The notes under the pieces are model-generated. The model worked only from the letters and a program-made list of their open reading frames with translations. It searched no databases and was not told the origin of the DNA. The translations under genes were made by a program, and so were the position numbers. Source: Mytilus californianus (taxonomy: Eukaryota). From it: DNA of 64,000 nt. Numbering within the stretch: the first letter of the stretch is position 1; each line of letters begins with the position of its first letter. Location: the NCBI RefSeq assembly GCF_021869535.1, contig NW_026262604.1:24924001-24988000 (forward strand), written 5' to 3'. Positions 21,401-33,400 of this stretch are shown here, piece by piece.

Positions 21401-24400
21401 ACATGTTTGGCATTACAATCAAAAACATTTGATAAATCAAAAACACTACATTCTATATCAAACACAACATGTGTGGCGCTATAATCAAGATCCCAGATTT
21501 TAGTTTACTATAAAGCAAATTTCTATGTTATAAAATGTACAGATTTTTAAGATAGAGGAAACACAACGTTTAGCAAATAATCACTTCCGTCTGATGAATA
21601 TGACAGAAAACTAGATTGTAAACCTTCCTTTTTATTGATATTATTTTTTTTATTTCAATTTTAGATGCCATTAGATGTTTACAATGTAATAGTATGACAC
21701 AACCTTTTGACTGTACTCATGTGTCGGAATGTGGAAGAAACGAGGTAATTGGTTCGAATCTCTCGGAATTCGTTGTATCACTTCCATGATGGTATATATT
21801 ACCTACTTAGATTACTTAAAGCAGTTGAATATACACTTTATTTTGGTAGAGTGGTATTTTTTTTTGTCTCCATGAATACGCACGATTAATATATATCACT
21901 GTAATTTTACAAAAATGACTATACTTTCAGGAATGTTATCTTGAAAAGTATGTCACTAGTGATGGAATAATGTTATACGACGTAGGTTGTACAGCTTCAC
22001 AGGTTAGTTACTACATAGTTATTATTTTACCCCCTCAAAAAGAGGATAGTATATTTCTCTAAACCCTTTTTCGTCCGTTTTGTCGTCAGTCGATAACTTT
22101 TGGTCCAGATATACATTTCTCGGATTCATCATTACAAATGAGGCGGAAGATACCCAGATGACATTAAAAAGAACTCTACGGCTTAAGATTATTCCGAATT
22201 TAATAATAAAAACCACAGCAAGTTTGTGACGTTTCTAACCGGGAGCAAAAAGCGCACACTTAAATAACGTGAGCACACCGAATCTGTAAGAATTGCATAA
22301 AGGTATATTTGACTTACTGGCTCATTAAACTAGTGAATTGAAAATGAAACTACATAGATGAGCCTCCTCATGGGGTTTTTGATTATATGATTACTTGGCC
22401 GTTTTTATAGTGATTATTTGTTTACCAGACCAAATATTACATAATTATTTGATTATTTGATAATCTAGGACTGTATTTTTGATTATTTGATTATCTTGTT
22501 TAAAAAAATAGTTAATGATTATGTGATTATATTGGCAAAATATTTGTGATTATGTGATTACTTGGACAGTCCCATGAGGGGCCTCATGGATTCAACTTGA
22601 AAGTCAATGATGTATTAATACCTGAAAAAGTGAGGAGTTAAATGATCAAAAGGCACTTCATTTAAGACCGAGTATATTACACCCGTCAACAAAATAATTA
22701 AATTTTGTAATTACATTTCAAACATATAATACGTGAAAGATAAATATTCTGAGACCAAAAGTTGTGTTTGAATTGGTTGGTGATTTCAAACACAGAAAGC
22801 AACTATAATTTTTTTATTTTTATTAAGTATCAATTGATTTGGCACTGAAAAAAAAACGATTTTATTTCTTTCATGCAATTTTGTAAGAGACGTTTTCTAT
22901 TTTTTCTCTTCCCTTTTTATGAATTTGATATTCCTTCTGTTAATGTTTTAATTTTTTGCAGGTAATGTTTTTCTATGTAAGTTTCTTCTTTTTTGCCGCA
23001 GACATTTGAGTTTCTTATGATGCTTTAAGGATGTTCGCTCCTCTTGTTTTTGACTTTTTGTCAGATATTCGGAATCCTCTAGTTTTATCCATGTAGTGCC
23101 AATAAAAATTTTGCCCACTGACCCCTACTTTTCTTTTCATAATTTTATTGCATATAGTTTTGAAAGTCATTTCTGAAAATTTTATAAAATCCTTGTTATT
23201 TTTTCATAGCTTTTGAAAGGAAAAAGGTGTCAATGTTAAATGTATGAAAAATCTAGAGAGAACCACTTCCCGCCAAATTTTCAACTGATTATATCTCAAA
23301 AACTAGAACACGGACCTATCATTTTTTTTCTAATTTTTATGTTCCCTTATTCATATTCTATCAATCTATAACAGTCTTTTATAAACCTTGTTATTTTGAA
23401 ACAGAGGAGCGAACATCCTTAATTTCTCCATTTGATAGCCTCATTCAGAGTCTATGAAAACGTTTTATTCTTCAGTTATGTACTACTTCTAATAAGCCTT
23501 TTGGAAAAAGAGCAAGTATTGGCACCAATATATGCTCTGTATGTTGCAATGATAAAGATGTATGTAATATCGACGGATATTGCGGCGCTGAAAGTATGTA
23601 TTTAGCATTTTCAGGAATACGCCATCATTTGTGTATGCATGTGTATTTTCCTAATTTTCATCTTTTTGCTCGTATTTTAATCATTATCATTGTGTGTTTA
23701 AACTTACAATCGTAGACTTTACTTTAATTAGGAATCTACCAGTAAAAAAAAGTAACGGTTTTTAATACACATAATGTAAGAATAACGCTATGTAAAAGAA
23801 TGTTCTTCTATGAACTTTCTAACCCAGGAATATATTACCTCGGACTTATTTGGCAAAACTTTTGCGAATTTTGGGTCCTCAATAATCTTCCACTTCGTAT
23901 TTTATTCGGCCTTTTCACTTTTCTAATTTTAGCGTCATTGATAAGTCTTTTTGTAGACGACACACACATCTGGCGTACAAACTTGTAAGCTCAATATCTA
24001 GACTTACTACAGTTTACTTCTAAAAGTATCAATTATTAAAACTATTCTCGCCTGATTTATCATATGAACATCAACACATGATCAAAATTTACTTATAACG
24101 GACAGTTTAATTTCATTTATTTGTTTACGGTCTGGTATACTTATGTTTACGAGACTTCTTGTATCACCTTCATCAGGTAATGTTCTTTTCTAAAAAAACA
24201 AAAGGTTTGGAAACTAAATGTTGTCTGTTTTATATAGACAGTTATAACAAGATTTATTCATGTTCTTCTGAACAAGTCACTCTAAATTATAAATTATGGG
24301 AATTTCAAAAACAAAATTATTTGCTTAATATCTAGATTTTTTCCAAATTGAATGATGATAGGTTCTTATAAGTATGACGAAGGATAAACACGATTAATTG

Positions 24401-27400
24401 CAATTATCCTAAAGACAACTTCTAGTTTTACTGTAGAAATTATACTATCATCACCAGATTGTAGCGTTATCTTATTCATGTTAATAAGTTATATATAGAT
24501 CTTGATCCCAGTATTGCGGTTTAGTGATAGAGATATACTCTTTACTCAAAGACTTTGCAGGGTTATTGCAAATGTAAAAACGAATTCTATGAGTACAAAA
24601 ACAAGTAAGCTTTTAAGAACGCACAATTGATACCCTTCGGAATACCGACCACTGACTGTAAATATATATCGATCCACCAAGCCCAACAAAATGTTGTCGA
24701 TAAAAATTCTAGCATTTTGATAATGTTATCTTCTTCGATGTTCTTTTTGTTAAAATCAGAGTGGATCTATTCATCATGACTGTTAAGTTATTTCAAACTT
24801 TAGAATGGCAACGATACTGATAAAAGATAAAACAATATATATGCAAACAACCACTCTGCCTCGATTAGACTGCGAATTGATACAACCCGAACAGCCAAAC
24901 GGTAGCACCAATATGACAGGGTTGTTCTGCCGGAAAAAAAAATTCACAAAATTTCTGTATGCCACCTTGTTTTTACCGAATAAAGAATGTTAGTACTTTA
25001 GATTTTAAAAATATTTTGACTATATTTATAAGGATTTGTTTTCGTTTCATTTTGTTCTTATATTTTTAATGCCCCACCTACAATAGTAGAGGGGCATTAT
25101 GTTTTCGGTCTGTGCGTCCATGCGTTCGTTCGTTCGTTCGTCAAAGTAGTTTTTGATGAAGTTTAACTTGAAACTTAGTACACATGTTCCCTATGATATG
25201 ATCTTTGTAATTTTAATGCCAAATTAGAGTTTTGATCCCAATTTCACGGTCACTGAACATAGAAAATGATAATGCGATTGGGGCATCCGTGTACTATAGA
25301 CACATTCCTGTTTTATCTTTTATCAATATCGTTGCACAAATCTTCAGTCTTTTCTATATCTAAAAGGCCTCGACTGATGACGAAAACAGACATCATTTTT
25401 TTGGATGTATCTTTACTTGATTAACCAACATTTAGTGTGAGTTTGAATATATGATATTGTCCAGTTAATAGAGAGTAATTACCAAATTTTCAACAACAAA
25501 CAAAAACAAAACCACAAAATAACATTTACTACAAATGTTATGCATTGATACCATGGATAAATATTTTTCTTTTCTAGAGTTTGTACCACCAACAGGTTCA
25601 AACCTTTGCTACAAGTGCCACTTAAGTGGCAGACCTGACAGTTGTCACCAGTTAACGTTATGTGATCAGACTTCAGTAAGTCATGCGATTTATTCATTTT
25701 AGTCGAGTTATTCATAACGGATTAAATTACTAGTCCTAAATTGGCATGTATAATACACGTTGAAAATAATATAATAAAGCATTTGACTTATAGCCCATTG
25801 TTCAAATCCCTGCTTTTTCTACTCTGAGTCTACGAAAAGCACGGTGACTTCATTCTGTCTATTTTGTGAAAATGTTTAATATCAATGGCGTAATACAGTC
25901 GACAGTTTTAGATATCTTCGTTGAAAATTTCACAACTGAATTAACTATAAAAACTTACGACAAATCAAGGTGTTCGTTATAAAAATATAAAAAATCATAT
26001 TTTTATATTTGTTTTTGAAAGTAAATTTTGTATTGTCCTGTCTGAATTTTCAAAAGGTGTTTTTTATAGAAAATTTTGATAAAACCATATATGAATATAT
26101 GGAAGAGTAATAAAGGTCGAATTTAAAAAAGAACTACATAGATTAATTGATTGATTTTTAATTGCTTTACGTCAAATGAAAAATATTTCCTGCATGTACT
26201 GGATGAGAACAATTTAACAATTAGTACAAAGGAAGGCAGGTAATTTGGATGCCACTGAATAATTAGGGTTTATTGGCTAGGGGCAAAAATTAGGCCTCGC
26301 AAAAGGCCACATAATGACCCCTCAAATAGTTGTCGCACGGTTGGTACGTAGCGGAGAGAGTGACACTCTATATACACGTGATTTTAGATGCTAAGTCTCT
26401 ATTCTACATTGAGGAGGCTGCAAATTGATATAACCAGTACAGCCAAACGGAAGCCACAATTTGAATAAAGCATACTTAAAAACATAAAAATGCCAGAGAA
26501 AAAAAATTATATATTTATCGTTCGCAAATTTTTGTTCTTCCCTCAGCGGCATTCGAACCCTTGCTTCTGTGACATCGTAATAACTCCGCCACCACTGTGT
26601 CCCTCGCCTTAGACCACTCGACCACCTAAGCTACATAAAATTATAGCTTTCGCTGGCCGAGTAATGCATTTCTTTGTCGGCTTTATCTAGGGCTGTAACA
26701 CAGTACATGATGTATGATGGCAATAAGAATGGAATATCTTTCTGATCAGCTATGTTTTGTCCGTCGTAAAGGATGATAATGTAATTACCATGCCGTCACA
26801 TCAAATTTTATTTTTTTAATTTTTATTATAATATATATATACGTCTAAACATCCGACAACTTTATGACAGACGTTCTCCATCGGATAACCCGTGGTTATA
26901 CAGAGCTTACACCATATATATAACTCGTCTCAAATTCAGCCCAACAATGTTAGACCTGTAAATTTGTGTTCGCAAATTTTGTTCTTCCCTCAGCGGGATT
27001 CCAACCCTTGCTTCTATGACTCCGCCTGCACTGTGTCCCTAGACCACTCGAAATATACAGACGCTGTTAGTTTCGAGATTTAAATACAAGATTATTGGTA
27101 TCATTACTTGATTGAGTGATTATTGCTTGCTTAACATATCAGATAACATATCTCTCGACGGTAATTTCAAAATCTATTTATCGGAATTTACTAGTTAGTT
27201 TTTTAGGATATTTTATTTTTCTTTTGGTTTCAGTTGCAATCTGTCCTAAAAAACAAACAAGTACAATCCGATAAATGGATTATGGGATATTCATCACATT
27301 TATACTGAAAACATATCAACTGTAAGACAAAGAAAACTCTTTAAATCCTTAGATATTTATGAACTATCGTAAATGGGACGGAGTAACAATACTTGAATAT

Positions 27401-30400
27401 ATAATTCTATTTAATGTTACATAAACTGCATTTTAACATGACAACAGAATGAATCTTTTAAAAATAGACGCAAACAAAATCAAAAAGTAACTCACAATCA
27501 AATGAACATAAGTGTACATTGTTGTACATTGAGTTGTTCAGAAGAAGTTCAAAAACTGAAAAAAAAATTGTATTAAAAAAAAAAATAAGAGACTTAAATT
27601 TTACCTTAACAAGTGTTTCTTCTTCCGGTTTTTGTTTTAGGTCTGTTCGCTTCAACAAGTAACTAATATTCTTGGGCATACTCGATGGGAACATGGTTGT
27701 GTTAAGAAAGCGGTATGTACACATATGTTAATGCAATTATTTACGAGTCGGTGTCGGGTTCCTTATTTGGAAAAAAAATTGGAATTAACATTTCAAGTTC
27801 AAAAATTATTTTAACGAAAACGTAAGGTTCAAAATCCCTGGCACAACGCCTTATGTTTTTTTCTTCTTTTTACACTTTATTTAAATCCCAAATGTGTGAA
27901 CTTTTGTAAAGTAAACAAGCCTTTCAGACATTGTTTGAATCTTTCTCAAAATAGTATTGACAATATTTCGAAATTAATACAATATCTGATCCTGTCATTT
28001 GGAGCAAGCACAATGAATAAAACTACTCGCTTTTGTTATAAAATTACATATCAGTCTACATCATTTTTCGCAACGAGCATCACAATTGCAACTGGTAAAA
28101 TAGGCACAGGTTACCTCTGCTTACCCTTCTGCAGAACATGATTCAATCTTCGTTTCATTTTTACCTTTATTGGGCAAAAGATTTTGTTTTAGCTCGTTTG
28201 TATTCACATCAACCTGAAACTTATTACATTTGTTTATTACAAAGTGAAATGATAAATATATATACCAAATTATAGTTTTGATCCATATTTCAATTCAGTT
28301 CAGTTAGGTTTTGCTTCAGGTAGGTCAAGGTTTTGGTTTAAAATAGTTTGTGGTCACACGAACTTGAAACTTAGTACACATGTTCATTATGAGATGAACT
28401 GCTTAATAAATATGCCAAAATTAGGGTTTTTATCAAGATTTCACGGTTCACTGAACATGGAAATGTAATAGCGCGAGCAGGCATGGTTTTCAATGGACAC
28501 ACATTCTTGTTGTTTTGGTGTTGTATTTTTACTTTTCTTTTTTTTTTGCTTTTTGTTTGGTGTATTTTTTAAGGTAGGGTGTTAGTGTTGCTCAATCTTA
28601 GGTTTCCTGTTTTAAGTTTTGTGGATTGTTGGTTGTCTATTTGTCGCGTTGAGGGTATATAATAATGGAGAGGTCGTCCATATATGCGTCTGTCCGTTCG
28701 GTCTTGTAAGATTTCATTTTTTGATTTTTGGTGTTTTAACGCCACTTTTAAGCACCGCTTTTGGGCTATTTCGTGGCGGCCAGTTTTTATTGGTGGAGGA
28801 AGCCGGAGTGCCCGGAGAAAACCACCGACCTTCGATAGCGGTCTTGTAAGAAAATTAGTGCCTATTAATATTTTTTTTAAAATCTATGCCCTAGAAATAA
28901 GAATTATATAAAAAAAAAAAATGCATAATAGGCTGTCTGAAAATTTACATTTTTAGCTCACCTGGCCCTATGGGCCAAGTGAGCTTTTCTCATCACTTGG
29001 CGTCCGTCGTCGTCGTCGTCTGTTTTCGTTGTCCGTTAACTTTTACAAAATTCTTCTCCTCTGAAACTACTAGGCCAAATTTAACCAAACTCGACCAGAG
29101 TCATCATTGGGGTATCTAGTTTAAAAAAAGTGTCCGACGACCCCGCTTATTAAACAATATGGCCGCCATGGCTTAAAAAAGAACATAGGGGTAAAATGCA
29201 GTTTTTGGCTTTTATCTCTGAAACTAAAGCATTAAGAGCAAATCTGACGTGATATAAACATGTTCATCAGGTCTAGATCTATCTGCCCCGACATTTTCAG
29301 ACAAATCAGACAACCTGTTGTTGAGTTGCTGCCCCTGAATTAGTAGTTTTAAGGAGATTTTGCAGTGTTAGGTTATTATCTTGAATATTATTATAAATAG
29401 AGATAAACTGTAAACAGTAATAATGTTCAGCAAAGTAAAATCTACAAATAAGTCAACATGACCAAAATGGTCAATTGACCCCTTAAGGAGTTATTGCCCT
29501 TTATAGTCAATTTTTAACAATTTTTTGTAAATTTTTGTAATCTTTCACAAAAATCTTCTCCTCTGAAACTACTGAGACAAATTTAACCAAACTTGGCCAC
29601 AATCATCATTATGGTATTTAGTTAAAAAATTGTGTCCGATGACCCCGCTTGCCAACCAACATGGCCGACATGGCTAAAAAAAGAACATAGGGGTAAAATG
29701 CAGATTTTGGCTTATATCTCTGAAATTAAAGCATTTAGAGCAAATCTGACTGAAATAAAAATGACCATGAGGTTAAGATCTATCTGCCCTGAAATTGTCA
29801 GACAAATCAGACAACCTGTAGTTGGGTTGCTGCCCCTGAAACGGAAATTTAAGGAAATTTTGCAGTTTTTGGTTATTATCTTGAATATTATTATAAATAG
29901 AGATAAACTGTAAACAGCAATAATGTTCAGCAAAGTAAGATCTACAAATAATTTAACATGACCAAAATGGTCAATTGACCCCTTAAGGAGTTATTGCCCT
30001 TTATATTCAATTTTTAACAATTTTTTGTAATTTTTTGTAATCTTTTACAAAAATCTTCTCCTCTGAAACTACTGAGACAAATTTAACCAAACTTGGCCAC
30101 AATCATCATTAGGGTATCTTGTTTAAAAAATGTGTCCGATGAAACCGCTTACCAACAAACATGGCAGACATGGCTAAAAATAGAACATAGGGATAAAATG
30201 CAAGTTTTGTCTATTATTTTTTTGAACCGTTACAAATAGAGAAAATCTGAAAGGAGCAAAAATGTTCAGAATAATGAGCTCTACCAATTATCCATATAAG
30301 TCAAAACTATTAGACAAATTCTTATAGGAGTTATTCCCATAAATGACAAATTTTACCATTTTTTTTCATTTATGCCTATTATCATGAAAACAATGATATT

Positions 30401-33400
30401 TAGAGAGAAACATTTTTTTTTCTGTTATGCCTTATATGATTAAAATTATAATAGATAAACACTTTAAATCACAAAAAATGATCAGCAAGGCAAGATCTAT
30501 TAAAAAGTCAAATTTTGCCGATATAGTTAATAGAGTGTCACTCTTCATAGGAGTGATTGCCCTTAAAGTAGGATTTTTTTTACCTTCTTTTGTGTTTTGA
30601 GCAAAAAACTAAAGAAGATAGAGAGAAACTAAACAGACTAAAAGATCAGTTATACAAGATCAACAAAATAGATACTTGTGATGAAGTCTATTCTCGTTTA
30701 CAATGTTGGAGAGTGTCCTTTGTTTGATATGCACATAGACCAAGGTGAGCGACACATGCTCTTTAGAGCCTCTAGTTTGTAAGATTTTATCAAAATCTGT
30801 TTCTCAGCCAAATTCGAAAATCATGTAATGCATGTACTGATTTTTTTGTCATGGATGGATACCACATATATTTTGTTTTCTATTAGATGATGTTTGATGG
30901 GCGAGCAGCCCAAACATGCTATATTGAGAGGAGGACATAATTAATGGATGATATCAATGAACATTAAGGATGTTCGCTCCTCTCGTTTTTGAATTTTTGT
31001 CAGATATTCGGAATCCTCTAGTTTTATCCATGTAGAGCTATTAAAAAATTTTGACTGCAAACCCCTACTTTTCTTTCCAGAATTTGATTACATATAGTTT
31101 AAAATGTTATCTTTGAAAATCTTATAAAATCCTGGTTATTTTTTCGTTGTTTTTGAAAGAAAAACGGTGCCAATTTTATATATATGAAAAGTCTAGAGAG
31201 AATCATTTCCCGCCAAATTTTAAATGACTTATATCTCGAAAACAAGCACACGTACCCTTCATTTTTTTCTGCTTTTTTAGTTTCTTTATTTATATACTAT
31301 CAATTTATAACAGTCTTTTAAAAAGCTTGTTATTTTGAAACAGAGTAGCGAACATCCTTAAACGAAAAATATAGGATACGGACACAAAAGGGGTGACGTT
31401 TAACTGCCACAAAACATATATGTATAGTTGGATATAATCCATAATACTATCCCGAGCATCGGCTACAACAATAAGCCTACAACTAACGAATAAATAAAAA
31501 TGGAAGGTTTTTCGTCCTAGGATATCTGATCTCCTCCTAACATAGGAAAATCACTGGAGGACGGTTTCGTTTTCTATACAGAGCCTCTGCAAGGGTTTCG
31601 TGTCCTTTAGATTCCATTTCTTCTCTCGGGACAATAGACGTATACCTTATTCTAAAAATCATGAACTATTTTCAAAATATTGTCATTTGTGCGATTTACC
31701 CTCAGCAGGAATGTTTTCGATGTCAGTATAGTTTCTATCGTTTCCCTTTATCTCTTAAGTTGGAATGTCAATGGTTTTAGCATTTTAGTAAATAAACGCT
31801 TCCAAAATATGGTAATCATGTGCTTATCTGACAAAAATGTAATTGTATAGGTATTGTGTTGTTGGTTTGCTATGCTATTAGCGTATCATACTTTTTAACC
31901 AACACTCTTCTGAAAATGCAAAGATGGTAATATTCAATATTGTACCATTTGCTTATACAACAAACTATTTGGAACAGAACAATGACTCACAATCGCTTAG
32001 TTTGTTAACGTCAGTGTTAAATATTCAAATGTATGTTTCTGTGCTTTATATAAAGGGCTATTTCCATTTTCAGCTTTGCAGTAGTATATCTCAGCATGGA
32101 GGTTGTTCTTACTGTTGTGACTCTCAACTGTGTAATAACAACTGTTCCATAACACATTCGGTAATCACTTCACCAACTATAGCTTCGACCACTACAACAG
32201 GACAACGTAAGTATGTGAGTTCGAGCCGTCATTTTTCTTAAAAATAACGATGACAAACGTTCAGATATATTGATGATGTTCTTTCCGTTTACAATCCAAA
32301 CTTTTCTGATTGGGTTCCATTAATATATCCCCCAGAACTAGAAATTAGACACGGCTTCCTCCGCCTCATTTTTAGACTTATACCTCGAATTTGACATACA
32401 TGATCATCTCAGTTCCAGAATCTATGACAAACGAGACGATTTAATTTTTGAAATTATCAATTTCCCCAACTTTAGTAGCAATATATTAACTTCACCTGCA
32501 TATGGGATATACATTTCCCAACTAATTGGGTATTCAAGAGCTTGCAGCTGCTACTCAGACTTTGTAAAACGTCACCTGTGTCTGAGCAGAAAGTTGATGA
32601 ACCAGGGGTATGTCAAAGAACGTCTCGTCCTTTTTCTAAAAAAGTTCATCGGAAGGTACCAAGACCTTGTTGATAAATATTCCGTATCAACTTCACATAT
32701 AATACAGGATGGTCTTGAAGTATAGATTCTGGGTACTGACGTTATTTATCATCTTAATAACGTGTTATAGTATTCTTTTATTTGTCTTTTTGAATATTAC
32801 TTTTATTGTTTAGTCTATTTTTGGTGAAATCCATTTGACGTGGCTCGGTACTTATACATCCCGTCATTGTGTTATTGTGCTATGGTAAATTTTTGTATTC
32901 TTGTCTTTCATTTGTGTTTGTGTGCTTTGTCTATATACCTTTTTGTGTTTCTTTGTTACATATTTGTTTGTTTTTAGTGATTAAGATTATAGCAAAATGT
33001 TGACTGTTGTACCTCTTATTTGATATTTTTACCTATTATGTCTGTTTGTTTTGTTCACACATCGTTGTCAATATAATGGAATTTTATTCGACTGTCATAC
33101 AAGTGAGAGGTTTAGCTAGCTATAAAACCAGGTTTAATCCACTATTTTTTCATAAGAAAATGCCTGTACCAAGTCGGGAATTATACAATTGTTATCCATT
33201 CGTTTGATGTGTTTGAGCTTTTGATTTTGCCATTTGATTAGGGACTTTCTGTTTTGAATTTTCCTCGGAGTTCGGTGTTTTTGTGATTTTACTTTTTGTA
33301 ACGTCAAAAGATTCCTGTATGTTAAAAATGATTCGTTCAATCGCCGGAGCTTGGCCTACCACTACAATGTTATGTGTAAAAAGATATATATGAACACAAA

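Noticed and set aside
24545-24605. GYCKCKNEFYEYKN followed by a gtaag donor (EGF/EB-like look)
   Set aside because: No phase-compatible acceptor links it to gene B; too short to support
26540-26635. tRNA-Leu/Ser-like gene on the minus strand
   Set aside because: A and B boxes are present but the acceptor and anticodon stems do not close, and it is partially duplicated nearby: a SINE head
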